Assembly: GCF_022045235.1 (NCBI RefSeq)
Contig: NW_027266271.1
Location: forward strand, 15,996,001 to 16,060,000
From: Haliotis cracherodii
Lineage: Eukaryota
Length of the DNA stretch: 64,000 nucleotides
Direction of reading: 5' to 3'
Shown here piece after piece: positions 1-15,095 of the stretch. A program made the position numbers and the translations under genes. The notes beneath the pieces were generated by a model. The model had not been told where the DNA came from and made no database searches. It saw only the letters and a program-made list of their open reading frames with translations. Numbering within the stretch: the first letter of the stretch is position 1; every line of letters starts with the position of its first letter.

Positions 1-2996
1 CAACCAATAGTTATTTTAAATAACGCACTCAGATCACCGGGTTGATAAAACGTTTTAACACTCGTTAAACTTTACAGCTCATCTGCCTACAATTGCAAGT
101 CTTTACTTTGGCATGTTCTATGGTAGAGTACACCTAGACTGACTGTGTTAAAGAACGTATGACGTAGGTAGACCCTCTGCGAAACACCTTACGGCGCTTT
201 GGGCGAGGGGCGACATTCCTCGAGAGATAGGTACCGAGGGGCCGAGAAGTACCCCCGCGGGAAAACGTCGAAAAGTGTTGAAAGTTTGTTCAGTTGTTTC
301 TTAAATCTCTTGATCAGTTAACCCGTCGTTTCTCGCAGAGGAATAGGTTCACTGAAATTCAACAGCATTGGCAACCTTTCTTCATATTTAAATTGCATTG
401 ATTTTCAAATCCCCCAGGGAATCCACACACACGCAGTGACCCACCATTGTACATGGTCGATCACTGAACATAGCCAAGGTTTTACTCAGATGGCTATTGT
501 TTTTACTTGGATTTTTTCTGGATTTTTACAGGTTTAGTGATAATAAGAGTGTGCTGATATTTACAAATGTTCATGTCACGAAGTACGTTTAGATTTAATT
601 CCGTGAATGTGGGTATGATCGAGTGTAGAATGGGTGTCTTCTTTAAAATGACATATTGATAGTATATTGGCGCTCTCAGGTAAATGTTTTTACAAAAGAA
701 TAAAAGTTGTAAGATGGTGCTATCCTAATCAGTCTGGTAAGATTTCTTATCACTCCTATTAAACATTACTTGGAGGTTATACTTCTTAAACTTGCAATAC
801 CCCATTCCATTTAAGTCTTAAATACATGATATATAATATCTAATTCGTCGTCGACCGTTGAAATTGATAGATAGCACATACCACATAGTATTTATAAATA
901 ATGATACTGTTTAACTTAAAATGATGCTTAAAACTGAATCGGTTCCACGACAGTTTATAGAATGTCATTTGTATCTCCAAGCAAGTCATCGTCTTTGCGA
1001 ACCTGAAAACTGTCTATATGTTGTACTCGGAGTACAAGCATTGAAGCAGGATACGTCCTGAGCAACTGTGGTCGATCATTTGTACAAATTAGCAAAATGG
1101 ATTGCGCCCAAAACAGCTTCTAAATATTGAAACACCGTGCTATTGAAAAAAAGTGTAATTAAAAAGTGTATTTGAAGTGTTTTTACAAAGCATGGTTTAG
1201 GTTAGCAACCAAAATAACAAACGTCCTCATTGAACCATTTCAGATACATAATCTTTATATCCACGCACTCTAGCGTTTATTCAGGTCCCATATTGAGAAA
1301 CTGTTGCGTTTACGACGGCTGAACTAAGACCTGGTTTGCCAGCGGCGTGTGCTTTGGTTTGCCGAGTGATGGACATCTGAAGTCGGCGCCTGAGTTGCGC
1401 TGACTTCTTATTGACTTGGGGTTGATGTTTTGGAAAGATTTCAATAAACTTCATGAATGATTTGAAGATGCCAGGACTACAGGTGTTGTAAAAGGTGTTG
1501 TAAAGGTTGTAAAATTACTTTACCAGTTACACAATAACTTTGAATTGATACAATATCGTTACATACACAATATTTTTTCAGAAATGGATGAAGTGAACGA
1601 ATAGGTTTGACACTATTGTTCATGGGTCTTTAGTTGAATATTTTTATATGCTCACTTAGGATGTGCCTTCTTATGTTTCACGACATGTGAAGACATTGAG
1701 TGTTCTGCTAAAGTATAACATAATGGATAAAGGACATGAACAATTTCCAAAGCGAAAAATTGCCCTGAAAGATAACCCTGCCGAATGAAGGTTTATGTAA
1801 ATCAAATATGTACGGCACAAATTACTGCTAATTACCATATCGTATGTCACATATTAAAGATCCCACAGGGAAAATCCCAATACCATAGAATGAAATGCTT
1901 TACGTCAAATATATTTTTGTTGTACTTACCTCTTCCAATATTCCGGGGTTGAGCGGCCACATCGTTAGCTGCACGTGCACTACACGTGACTAAGAATGAC
2001 GAGACTAACAAGAGCGTCAACATGACCTGCAACGTCAAAGAAACACCAAAGTATTATAATGATGTAAAATGCGTATAGATATGACTTGTCCCTTTAATAA
2101 TTAAGCAGATAATTGAAATGATCATTCCAGACATCGCTCCATGTAATGTTACATTATTCAAATTTAATACAGATGTACATGCATGCATGTGGATGCTAGA
2201 AACTTAACTCAAAGATAAGAAAAGAAATTATCTATATGCGATATATAAAATACACACATGAGTATAAAATATACACAAAATATACATCAAACTGGCATAA
2301 GAGGTAATGCAGTTTTAAGATATTACAGATTTTTATGACAAATTGCGATGTTGAAAATTTTCGCCATTACTTTAAACTTTGTTTCTAATCATGTTGAAAC
2401 TTTGGATATGTCGCACTTATGACGAGAATTGCCTAAACTAAACGCATATGAATACAATTTGATTATACAGAACTGAACCAGTTGGTGAAGTATCTGTGAC
2501 TTACATGATCGTTTGTATACGCATATGAAAATCCAAGACTCGTTTGATGAATTATTTTACCAACAAATATAACTAATTACCCGTTACATGCGTTTTAAAT
2601 ATGAGGTTACCTGTATGCGTTAATAACACAAAATACAAAATGACAATAGCCAATACAGTGAATCTAGAAATGGTAAGTAATAAGATAGTCAATACATACC
2701 CTCTGTTATGGAAAAATCACAATGTTCCAAAAGGGCACCTAATCGTGGTGCATGAGTTGAAACTGTTACTGATGTGGTCAGCTTAATCTCTCCGGCGAAT
2801 CTGACTCGGTGTCAGTGAATCAATGTATCAAGCCTAGATGTAACACTACAGTATGGCCTCGTCGTCCAACACAACGCTCTCGACACGTCTCGGCTTGTGC
2901 CAGTTCATGTATTTGAAAGAGTCACCAAGGGTCTTCCTCTTAAACGTCACAGAACTGATGCGCACTGAGCATGTCCAAGCCTCGTTATTGTTTCAG

Positions 2997-3129
2997 TTGC
3001 CCGTATTGTTGTCCAGCGTCTCCACCAAACTACACAAAGATACATCCGCTATTTGCCGGGCTCCGCTTAAACAGAAAAAAACAATGGCGTGTTGAACCAA
3101 CACCGTCGCTGGAGACGTTTGGAGGCTGA
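2997..3129 (+). CDS. Candidate terminal exon of an unidentified gene
   Basis: Acceptor ttattgtttcag, then an open frame CPYCCPASPPNYTKIHPLFAGLRLNRKKQWRVEPTPSLETFGG* in a locally GC-richer segment. No upstream exon identified. Confidence 0.25.
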
Positions 3130-6100
3130 GGGCGCGCCCCGTCAACGTTGTTTACTTTCTTCGATCTTCCAGGGATCAGCTGCGACATTTCAACAAATAA
3201 GGAGCCCCTTTGCTTTCTGTAATACAATTAGGTTTGTCTGACTTTCCCCCCGAGTCACTTCTTCAGGTGAAATGCAAGCCAGTGTCGTAAAATGCCCACA
3301 GCATGTGTTAAGCCTGGCTCTCGGGTATGCTGAGGTTCAAGCAGGACAGAATGACAAAGTGAATGTTGAAAGGGTCAAGATCTTAGAGGTTTAAAGATTC
3401 AGTATTCCAAAAATCAAATTTCACATATTATGGATTGCTCTATTGCATAACACAATGACTATATTATTAAGGCTTAACACCGATTCTGGAAGGATCATCG
3501 TTTGAAAATGGAAAACAAAGCAACGTTATGATGACATAATATGAGAACGCAGTTTGCCATCGGATCAAGTTATGGTCGAAGGGTTAGCTTCATTTTATAG
3601 TATTTCTTCGAAGATGTAGCATATGCCGGAGAAAAATACAACAAATATATTTTGTATTACCCATAACATAATAATAGCAATTTCAACAGAATGAAAGACG
3701 TTACTGCAACGAAAGAAGAGAAGATAATTGAAACACTTAAACATCCGTTTGCTCCTTATCTGGAAACAAGACTTACCACCAGAACACAGAGATATGTTTA
3801 ATGTAAAAGTACAATGCCACAAATGCAGTATAGATCCCAATTGTATAGCTACTTGGGATCAACGTTAACCTACAATTCATTCCACTATGTTCAAGTTTAG
3901 CCAACCATATCATAAGTACGAGTATACTAGCCGTCATTGTGAATATGTAGTATTTTTGAAGTTTCAAAATATGTTTACAACAAAAATAATATATTTTTGA
4001 TACTTCAATATCCACAGATAGACATAGAGAACTACAGTTTATCAATTGCCCATACTTTAATGTAATTAATAAAGCAATACCCTACCCTGATTCTATGAAT
4101 ATCGCGACGTTTCCAAAATCTAAAATAACCCGATTGCCCTTAAAACGTTTGCATGTATATCTGGATCATAATTCTGAAAATTGTATCTACATGTGCCTGA
4201 CATAATCAATGTTCTCTGGAACAAGAGGACTAGATAATGGTGGACGTCCATGTCCAATTCAATCAGGAGAGCATAAGGCGCAACGAGAACGGTATTATTG
4301 AGTGGGTGGCGATTCGGTGTACATTCTTAAACCTTATCGAGCAAATGATGTTTCCTGTAAATCCTTACACCTTTATCGAGCAAATGAAGTTTTGCTGTAA
4401 ATTCTTACATGTGTCCCAAGCAAATGGTATTTCGTGTAAAATCTTAGACCATTATGTACAAATGATGTGCGGGCGTTGAATGTACATCTGTACCCATTCA
4501 AAGGTGTATGGTGTACATTCTTCAAATAATATTTCTTGTACGTTCTTATTTTATTGTCGTACTAATAAAATGTCGATGTTCATAATTTATTGAACATAAG
4601 ATGTGTAGCAGTAGATACTACCTCATTATTTGGAAACATAACCCTCTGTAATAAAACTAACACTGCGTGCAAATGTGGCTGTAAATTGTCTGCACATGTA
4701 AGTGAAAGATCGTGGTTCTGGTCAACGGTAATAACAGATGACATACATTCATATGTGTACGTTTTTGTACAATTATTATTTTAGCATGTTTAAGAAAACC
4801 GGGCACATTTTTCTTCCGGACATGCTTACCCTTTTCGCGAACACCTGGTATCATCACTGATCGTCAGTAATCCATTCATATAATTTTCAATGTTATTATG
4901 CCTTTCACGCACAATGTAATCTTTTTCATGGGATAATCGAGACTGGTTATTCTCTGGTGTTGGTGTTTTGTATTACCAATATATATGACAAGTATTTTAG
5001 ATGAATGACAATGCGTCATATCTGGAAATGTCCTTCACATATAAATCTTCCTTGAAAACTTTTCTCAGGCTTTGGAAGTTATAACCCTGATGAAATTGTG
5101 ACACCATTGCAATTTAATTATGACATGTTCAAATCATTGCTGGTTCGTTTTAATCAATGGGTGTTTGGACTGTATCGATAGAAAACAAACAGTCGCAGCA
5201 GCCACGGGCAATATGATCTATTAATATGTTATAATCATGTGAATGTCATTCCTAATGTACTCACAAACGTTGACCGTGCATATAACAACATAACAACTAG
5301 TGGTTGTTTAATAATGAATACATGTTTGCACTGTAAATAAAAGTGACAAAATCCATTCCATATTGTAAGCTTCTGACTCCACCATGAGCATGTAATTATG
5401 AATCATTATCAAATAATGATGATACCAAGTTTTCGCGAAAAAGGTGAGCGTATCCTGCCCCTCCGGTGGCACCTGTCACAAACACATGCAAAGGCAAGTC
5501 AATAGTTCAATGATTCACCTAAACATTATAATAGCGTAGTCAATCATATGTGAGAGTAAACTTTAAACATAACTGTGAAATAACGTGTATGTTTAAAACA
5601 TTTCTCATGCAACGATACATTTGAATGAATACTGTTTTAAAACTTAACCTTCGTGGAGATGTACTTCATTTCACTTTTCTAGAATTTGAAAATAAGTATG
5701 TGAGTGAGTTGGTTTAACGCCGATTTGAATAGTATTCCAGTTACATAATAGCGTGTCAGCTTAATGTGGGAGGAAAACCCGAAGTGATGCAGGTCTCATG
5801 CGTTTACAACTTTGCTAAAACTCACGTGTTTCTTGCGTGCCCAAGGGGAGCAACCCTGCGGAGCGAAAATGCGGCGCCTTAGACGGTGTCCCAACCCGTG
5901 CCCCCTGAAAATAAGTAACATTACAAACATTTCCAAATTGTTGATAATAGAGTCGCATTTTGTTCTAAATATTCTATCATATACAAGCATACGTGTACAA
6001 TGTATTGAATATGTTCATATGTTACGTTACATCAGCCGTATCTCAGCCATGTTATGTCGAGTAATCAACGTGCTGGATGATTAACAAATCAAACTGTTTA

Positions 6101-6694
6101 GGGTTTTTTCTGCTGACTGATGCACTGAAGGTTTGCATAAGCAAAGAAATGGTTTATTTCATTTCTCATGAAAATAAATATGTTAATCATCCAAGACTAC
6201 ATCTTCCCATGGCCAGATAGCCTTTTTTTTTGTCCATCTTGCGCATCCACCTTGGCATGTATGCATTGATACATATCGTGTACATTGATTAACCTAACTC
6301 TAAGAAACATATCACGTCGAAACCGTGTAAAAAACCCACGACGCTTCATTTTTCAAAGTGAACAAATATCTGTGTTTGACAGACAGTGCACGCTTTTGCA
6401 TGTCTGTTTAGTTAATGATATACATAACTGCAATATCAGAAGACGCTTTGGCGTCATCAACGCAAAATCGAAAACTATGACGGTTCGTACGACCTTGGCG
6501 GAAAAGATATGTCGAAAGCAGCAGAAGAAAAAACATTCTTGTCGATATTAGAACTGACGCTTTTTCCATTTGAAGATCATAAGAAGTATTTAGATGAGTT
6601 ATTAATAATGTGTATTCAAGGCACATCCGTCATAACCATATAATCAATGTTGTGTTTGCGTGACAAGAAGGGCCACATTGCTATATTGTTCCAG

Positions 6695-7167
6695 TGGCCT
6701 TGGGTATAAAGTATTGTATGCGACCATTGGTCAGAAGCGATGTTCATCGCGGAGGCTATTTACAAACAACGTCAGTGTAAGATTTTTGCTGTTGTCTTGT
6801 TAGTGAATGTTTAACTTGAGAACATTTGCGGAGTTAGATAAAAACATTTCCAAACAGTTAGGAAAGTGTTCCTGCTTTTTAAAGCACTTTCTGTTGGTAT
6901 AATGGTAACATGCTGTTTGAAACAATAATTTGACAGCTCATAGCTCTTACTTTTTAGTTGCTTTGAATGATCTGAAACGTATGGGAAAAATAATGAAAAT
7001 AAGGAAAGAATTTCCAGAAATGTAGAATGCTGGCAAGTATTTAACATTTCTTTGGAAATAACTTCGCAGCACCATGTCCCGACTTGAAGGATTATTCCAT
7101 ATATGTGAGGTGAGGCGAGGTGAAATTAGGTTTAACGTCGCATCCAAGATTATTGCACTTATATAGC

Positions 7168-7226
<59 letters not shown>

Positions 7227-9176
7227 GGCTGCTTGTACTAGTCCGGACTGATGCCGATTTAGTGCTAACTCCCTGAGATACCATGCCGCAGTTTAACATG
7301 CATACCCCACTCACAAACAGTATACCACTCCTCGCCAGACAGGGTAACAAATACCATCATTTAACGTCTATTGGTATGACGCGGCCGGGTATCGAACCCT
7401 GCACCTCTACCATTAGACTACGGAGGCGGTCCCATATATTTGATGTTTCCTGTAAATCCTTACACCTTTATCGAGCAAATGATGTTTTGCTGACTTATAT
7501 ATTGAGCCCTGAAGAACTAGACTAGAGATTGAAGTTCCTTTGACAAAAGATATACTGAGGTAAATTTATTATTTAATAAAACAAACTTAGAACTCATTTA
7601 TGTCATTCTCTCTCTGTATTGAGTGTTGCTTCTCACAAACAATGATTTTGATGTATGTAATATTTGAGAGAAGCATACATCAAGTAAAAACCTCTAAATA
7701 TGTAAAATGATTGTTTCATCTGAAAAAAACTCACACAAAGCTGAACTATTTTTAAACAATGTCCCCTTTCATCATATTCGATGGTACAAAATCCAAAGAT
7801 TAAGATATCAAAATTCTCACTTTGTATCATTTTTATGAATTAAGATCCCAAAACAGGAGAGCGTGCTTCTTTTCAATTTAAATTCACATTTTACTCATGA
7901 CTCCTGATATTTTTACCTACAAAATCCTCATCTAACAAGAACTTTATGTAAAATATCAAAATGTCTTCATATCAATCGCAAAGTGTTTAGATATGAAAAT
8001 TGTCAACAACCTGTATTTGCATGTCATATACAATGAGTAATCGTGGACTCGAATATTTCTGCTATGGTGCCAACAATAGGAAGTGTTTGTTCTGCGTGTT
8101 TATTTGACAGAGACCTTGCTTCTTTAAGTCTCAGCAATAACCACCTTAAACCACTTAGTACAGGGTTAAGCTCTGGGTTGAAAATAGAAAATCCTAAACA
8201 AAAGGAGAGTTGTAGTGTACGACTTGTTTATGAAACAGGTAACGTTGGCTGCTTAAATCATAATTACAAAAAATAAGATATTATTCACCGATTTAATATA
8301 TATATTAGAACATGTGAGCCTTTGTTAGACAATATTAGTAGTTTATTGAGCACGCAGACGTAACATCTATGTATGAAGGTGATTAAAAAATAGTTTTTGA
8401 CCGTTGACGTTTTTTGCATAAAAATATTTATTGGTTTAATTTGTGCATTATAAGATGGAAAATGGCAATGGAGTCCTAGATGTATGGACATTTCATGTTC
8501 AGCATATACCATAAAGAACCTTACAATTTGACAGTTTAACTCACATCGTATCCTTTGCTTGCACATTTTACATTTCATACGAGGTTTGACGTAACTACTG
8601 CTGCTGAGACTGATGTAGGGATGCATCCTTTGCCATTATATTAATATGTATCAATTATAAATGCAACTATTGACATATGCGTAAGGCGATGCTTTATTTT
8701 TTATCAGTGCATTTCGAAATGTTGTGGACATAGGTCATAATAAGATCAACACACTTCTTGCCACTGAGACACTGGAGAAGGTTCGCATATATCCAGATTG
8801 CATGATCAATTGCAGCCATAATAAATATTTCAGTTATGATAAAACTCGCCTTACAAATACGAGTATGGGGGATTGATCCTGCCTTAACATGTAGCAAAAT
8901 GCATTCGATAAATAACTATTGTTTCATAATACACATGTTGGATTATCAATACATACGGAGTCTCTTTGGCTCTGAGTTAAGATAAGAAAACTTCAAACTA
9001 CAGATGGTTCTTTTTATTCAATTTCCTCCCGTGAATTCCCATGAGCTTTAAGCACTGGCATACAGGTAACTTTTTCTATCAACCGCAGGGCTTCAAAGCA
9101 TTCTCCTGCAGTCAGCGATGGCGTGCCCAATTCACTGGGGTACAGCAGGGGGCTGTCTTACGTCACAGTGTATTGA
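6695..9176 (+). CDS. Candidate last two exons of an unidentified small membrane-protein gene (6695-6776, 9089-9176)
   Basis: ttgttccag|TG GCC TTG GGT ATA AAG TAT TGT...TCA GT|gtaag and caaccgcag|G GCT TCA...GTG TAT TGA join in phase: ALGIKYCMRPLVRSDVHRGGYLQTTSVASKHSPAVSDGVPNSLGYSRGLSYVTVY*. Confidence 0.3.
7105..7431 (-). mobile_element. tRNA-derived MetaSINE-like element (family A)
   Basis: Reverse complement of the 23623 and 52094 copies; internal (GT)n; TSD CCATATAT at 7097-7104 and 7432-7439. Confidence 0.88.
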
Positions 9177-12165
9177 ACGTCTAGAGCACCACGTCGCGAC
9201 AAGCAGGAGGTGTGAATGGAAAGGTAGCCGACAATAACGACTAAGCAGAGTGATATGTAGTCACCAGAAACTTGATAGATGCAACGAGGTTCAGATATGG
9301 GACCTATTTCAAATCCCTCTGCTATGAAAGCTGCACTTAGTACTAGTCAATAATGTTTGCTTTTTGTATCTTGTACAGTGAAAGACTGTTAGCCTGGGGA
9401 CCGTTAGTCCAGAAATCCCCTTACCGAACGATTACTGTTGTTAACGTCTGTATATAATTACAGCCACATTGCTGAAATGATACGATGAGCGGGACGATTT
9501 CCCTTGGAACGATACCGTTCGCATTAATAAGGTATGAGTTAAATTATAGAAATATTGAATCGGTCATTATTACGTATCAAATACATCATTATATGTTATG
9601 CATAAGTGGACATCGAAAACAATGGGGAATCTATAGGGACTGATCATATATCTTTAGCAATGGGGTCTCATAATGATGACGTATAATATAAAATCATATG
9701 GACAATGAAACATTGACATAAAGATTAGTCATTTTCATGTTTGTATCTAGTTATGGCATAATAACCAGTGTTCATATTACACAATGTTTATTGATGAATA
9801 GTTTGTGTACATATTAAAATACGTATGTCGTATGACTTTAAAGGTGAATTATTCAAAAAAAAAAGAGAAAAAGGGAAAGGCTGATGCATAAAGAAAGTAC
9901 CAAACTTCAGATATTTGCAAACACAAACCACAGATGTTCTTTCACACATGTATTCTACTCTAATGCAAATAATGGTTCTCAATACAAAACCATCAGGCTA
10001 AAAATCAGTAAGAAATATATGCCAAGCATTACATCTACACCAATAACACAGCACAACACCAATGGGATTGTTCTTCAAGGTAGATCTTGTCTAAGGATTA
10101 TAAAACTTCTCAATGCACAGCACGATTGACATATAGAATAGACAGGAAATGGTTTGTGTAATCACAGAATATCACCAAACATTCAACATGATACAACAAG
10201 AGAAATAAAAAAGCTACAAAGCTCGTTCAAACTATGGCCGGGGTATAGAGCTGAAGTATTTCTCTGAATCCTTCCATTCCCTTTAGGACTGAACTTTAAT
10301 GCCTTTACTGACCGAAAATAACGTCACCCGGAAGCACCGCCAGTGACGTGGTGTCACCAAAGATTGCACAATGTTGGAAGCGACGTGCCAGGATACGATG
10401 TGATCAATTAAGACGCTTCACTGAGGCCATGAGAAACATAGGCGTATCCTAGAACGAACGAAAAACACGCTTTGGGCGTAGCGAAATGTAAAATATGTGT
10501 GTTTACTGCATAGATATCGGAAAATCTTTAGTGCTTTTGTCAACTGTCCAATTTAGGGATAATTTAACAATTTTAAGGCTTAACTACCTGCGTTTTTACG
10601 TGACGCTGATTCGATGTTAAATATTAAGGTTAGGGGGTTGGAATTGACGTTTCAGAGGCATGCAACAGACATCATGACTCGTCCTTATTGAATGCATTCA
10701 TAGCACGGAAAGAAACAAAAGATCAAACAACACTTTGTGGATATGAACGTTTTATGAAAACAGAAATTTCTACAAGAGATCCTTCCCAATGAAGAACAAT
10801 TCAGCTTGTAATCTTCCAAAACATCTCTTTAAAACTCTTTTACATCCACATGACTTAACTGATAGCTCATCGAACACAAAGTCGAAAAATGTTCCTACTC
10901 TTAAAGAAAACAACCCAAGTGTAACATTTCTTGAACATTCCGGAATTGCCCATAGGACAAGCACAAGGAAGCAATCTAATGTATTATCAATTAGACATAT
11001 TTGATTAAGGCCGACAATATCAACTGCAGTAGCAGGTTTGAAACATTGATGTTTAGAATTTACACGGATAAAACCATTCGTGGTATTCGATTGATTATCT
11101 TCCATGCATTGTGTAGCCGTAAGGTTGGTAACAAAGACTAAACACGGACATTTGCCTTGACGCTGGCTTCCTGTATTTAACTGCCTGGTTGTTGTGACCA
11201 TTACACAACATCAACGGTAAATATGTGGGCTTCCACGAAATTGGCGTTATCCAGGTCACTTGTGTGTATCGACAACCCATAAACAGAAAACGTCAGTTTA
11301 ATTTCAACGCAAAAAGTGTCAAATTAAATTTTCACCTTTTATCTGAAAAGTCAGAGAACAGACTTTTTGCTTTAACTTTACCACGTTGTCCAAAGATTTA
11401 CATTGCTTCATTATCCGATGTCTTCAAGTTTGCGTTGCTTGTCTGGCGTTGCTTTTCCGATATGTTAAGTGTGTCAAGTTTCACGAAAAAACATAAATAA
11501 TTTTCGAATAACGTCTTTTTTGTTCCTGACGACGTTTCTTTGCTATATTCTAGCCTCTTCTTCTGACGTAAAGGTTCATATGAAAACCATATATGCCCGG
11601 GTTGTGTAATCTGTAAGCTTTATTTATTTCCTCATGAGATGAGCATCTGCCAACTTACCCGTGTGATCAGTGTGGTGTGCACATACGACCAAGAAACTAC
11701 TTCCTTATCTATTCCAGACACTCTTTTGTCATAAATTAAGTCATAAGGTGTTCAACGTCATTCGTAGATGTCCATCATAAAGGTTTTGATTTAAAAATAT
11801 TGTCTAAAATAAGATAAATAGGGCACAAGGTATGATACTTTTACTAGATGACCGCCTGCAATGTGTTAATGATATAAGAAACACAACGACAAAAATGGAT
11901 TATGTATACAAAGAGACAATCAAAGTTAAAACATGTCTTAAGATCATATCGAATATAATGTATGTAAATGTATAGATGTTGATCATACTACCCCTTATAC
12001 ATATAGATGTCTGTAATTAGAGGAAAGGCTGCATCTTTTTGAAATATAAATTTAGTATAAATTCAAAGTTTTTACACAAAACTATTTAGTAACATGTTTA
12101 ATTAATATCTTCAAGTTACATTCTACTGATAATATTTATGCATACATGTAAAATAATTAGAGCAT

Positions 12166-12661
12166 GTACAGTAACTGCATATGTAAATATCGCGTGTGTC
12201 ATACATATGTAAATACCTCGTGTGTCATGCATATATAAAGTTCCAGATGTGTAATGCGCTGAACCCTTTTGCATTCAAATGAGAGGAATGCGACTGTTNN
12301 NNNNNNNNNNNNNNNNNNNNNNNNNNNNNNNNNNNNNNNNNNNNNNNNNNNNNNNNNNNNNNNNNNNNNNNNNNNNNNNNNNNNNNNNNNNNNNNNNNNN
12401 NNNNNNNNNNNNNNNNNNNNNNNNNNNNNNNNNNNNNNNNNNNNNNNNNNNNNNNNNNNNNNNNNNNNNNNNNNNNNNNNNNNNNNNNNNNNNNNNNNNN
12501 NNNNNNNNNNNNNNNNNNNGGGATAGGAGTACAAGGAGGTTCATTGATACTTTTCAGCGCATTACACATCTGGAACTTTATATATGTATGACACACGAGG
12601 TATTTACATGTGTATGACACACGCGATATTTGCATATGTATGACATACGCAGTTACTGTAC
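12166..12661. repeat. ~100-bp inverted repeat flanking a 221-N assembly gap (12299-12519)
   Basis: 12166-12263 is the near reverse complement of 12553-12661; internal ~26-bp subrepeat. Confidence 0.9.
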
Positions 12662-13639
12662 TTAAATATGTACCACACATGAGGTATTTTGCAAATGCAT
12701 GACAACTACATCTACAGTAGAATATGGATACAACGAAATCCAACGGGTCGGAGAAATCAGTTCGTTATATACGTTGTTCGTTATATACGTTTTCGCTAGG
12801 AAAAGTCCGCCATCATACCTAATATGCACCTTACACATGCATCGTAGGTTCAAATGCGTCGTGGCGTTAATCCAAACAACATGAATAGGATTCTTGGACA
12901 ACGACGCGCTGTATAAGCATTTCCTTCTTCCGTACTTAATGACACCTGCGTGAGAGATAAACGTAAATATTATAAACCAATATTGGACAAGAGGGAGAAG
13001 ATATACAAACTGCCACATCGTGTTTAGGTGTGAAAGAAGCCCTTGACTATGTCTGATCATATGTGTAAATACAACAAAACAGCAAACCGCGGACACGAAA
13101 ACTATTGCTATAGGCGAGAGAAAACAGTTTAATTAAAGACACTGATTACATAACTGCAGGTAAATGTTTTTTTGAACAACATAACGGTGTGTGACTGAGG
13201 ACCACTGTAAGGGGCTTGCATTGTGTCTGCTATAACGCTCAGATTCATGAAGATCATTTGCCATTAAGTGCAGGTGCCTTTATCTGATATTCAAGTGTGT
13301 AATAATAATCCACATGAATTGTGATTGAAATTTCTGATCCTATGAGTAAATCAAATCTTTTTACTACAAAGTCGCGTTATAATGGGGTTCCACTTACTAT
13401 GGACATAAGGAACTTGTTATATGCCTAAATAATCCAGTATTTACTTCCTGTTTGTTCAGTCTTTGAGGTGTTTCTAATGTTTTGGCTGAACCATTTAACT
13501 GCGATATCTTGCGGTTACGTGAAAGTTCCTTTTTTCGTAGAGAAGGAAGACATAGTACAATAAATCAGACAAGAATAAGTGATTTCGCCATTATGATATT
13601 ACTTTTTTGTTGAAAAAACAAGGGGATCACATGAACAGT

Positions 13640-15095
13640 AAACGCACCACACTGGAGCAAACTACTGATTCAAAGACATTCTGGAAGAATATCAAGGACT
13701 TGCAGAATACGAATAGTAACTATAATGCCATAAATTAAAAAAAAATGGATGGAATACTTTGAACATGTATTTAATCAATCTACAATTGAAAAAGATAATG
13801 ATTTCTTAAACGACGAAGCCGAACCACTAATAATAGAAAGCGAGGAAATCTACCGCGACATCTTGGATGGACCAATCACTAAAGATGAAATTAATGACAT
13901 TATTAATTTTCTCAAAAACTCTAAATCACCTTGTGTGGACAATATTCTCCCAGAATACCTGAAATTTGCACTACCTAACATTGTCCCTCATGTTGAGATA
14001 ATTTTCAATTGTATCTTTGATAGTGGTGTTTTTCCAAAAGATTGGGATACAGGTGTTATTATCCCATTACATGAAAAAGATAACTGTAGACTCAGAGTTA
14101 TTAGTTTATTGAGTATTTTGTCTGAAGTGTTCACAAGTATATTAAATCATAGATTAGTTTTTTGGGCAGATTTGTATGACAAAATATCAGAATGTCAATT
14201 TGGCTTTAAACGAGGACACTTAACAATCGACAATCTATTTATTTTGAATGCTATTATTCAACGATATTTAGGTATGTCTGGTCGTAAGTTATATGTAGCC
14301 CGTATAGACTTCTCAAAGGCGTTTGACTCTGTCCGTCGGTCTTATTTGTGGAAAGTATTTGGAACGCACGGTCTCAGCACGAAGATGTCCAAAATGTTAA
14401 AGTCAATTTATGGTAATGTAAAGTCATGTGTCAGAACTAATAACCTGTTGTTTCCATGTAATTTAGGTGTCAGACAAGGTTGCGTTTTAAGCCCCTTCTT
14501 ATTTCAATTATTCATAAATGAAATTGTACACAAAATGGAACAGGGGCAGCTATATGGAGTACAGTTACATCCTGATATTATACAAGACTAGTTTTATTAT
14601 TGCTCTTTGCAGATGATTTGATTTTGATTTCAGACACAACTTGGGGACTACAGAAGGAATTATCTATCTTAGATAAGTATTGTGTGGACTAGAGTATGTC
14701 AGTTGATATTACAAAAACTAAAATTGTAGTTTTTCAGAGAGGTGGGGGGCTGAAAAAAGTGAAAAGTAAAGTAAAGGTATAAATATTTATGTTTGTTTTT
14801 AGCAGCATGCTTTCTGGACACAAGCTTTAAGCTTTATAGCAGTTCAAGCCAAAATGGTACTAATAAACCTATTAAAAAGCATTAATTGTTTACAACCTTA
14901 TTCTCTAAGATATCACCTATGTTACTGTATAGGTCAGAAATATGGGCATTTCATAAAATAGAAGAAGTTGAGAAAGTTCATTTATATGCGTGTAAATGGT
15001 TATTGAATGTTAAACAATGTACATCGAGTAGTGCTGTATGGGGTGAATGTGGTAGATTCCCTTCACATATCAATTCAACGATGAGAGGGAAATAA
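13640..15095 (+). mobile_element. Decayed non-LTR retrotransposon (RTEX-like) RT fragment
   Basis: RT motifs KSPCVDNILPE, FPKDW, QFGF, IDFSKAFDSV, GVRQGCVLSPFLF, LLFADD (after a stop) and YRSEIW...WGECGRFP; stops and frameshifts present. Confidence 0.9.

Noticed and set aside
174-340. GC-rich segment bounded by CCTCTGCGA/TCGCAGAGG
   Set aside because: Possibly an old MITE, but there is only a 9-bp inverted repeat, no clear TSD and no second copy in the window.
11527-11569. Minimal hammerhead-like sequence on the minus strand (CAGAAGAAG...AGAAACGTC)
   Set aside because: The catalytic core is mutated (CUGA to CAGA) and stem II is weak; at best a dead Penelope remnant.
12199-12743. ORFs containing X runs
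   Set aside because: Artefacts of the N gap.
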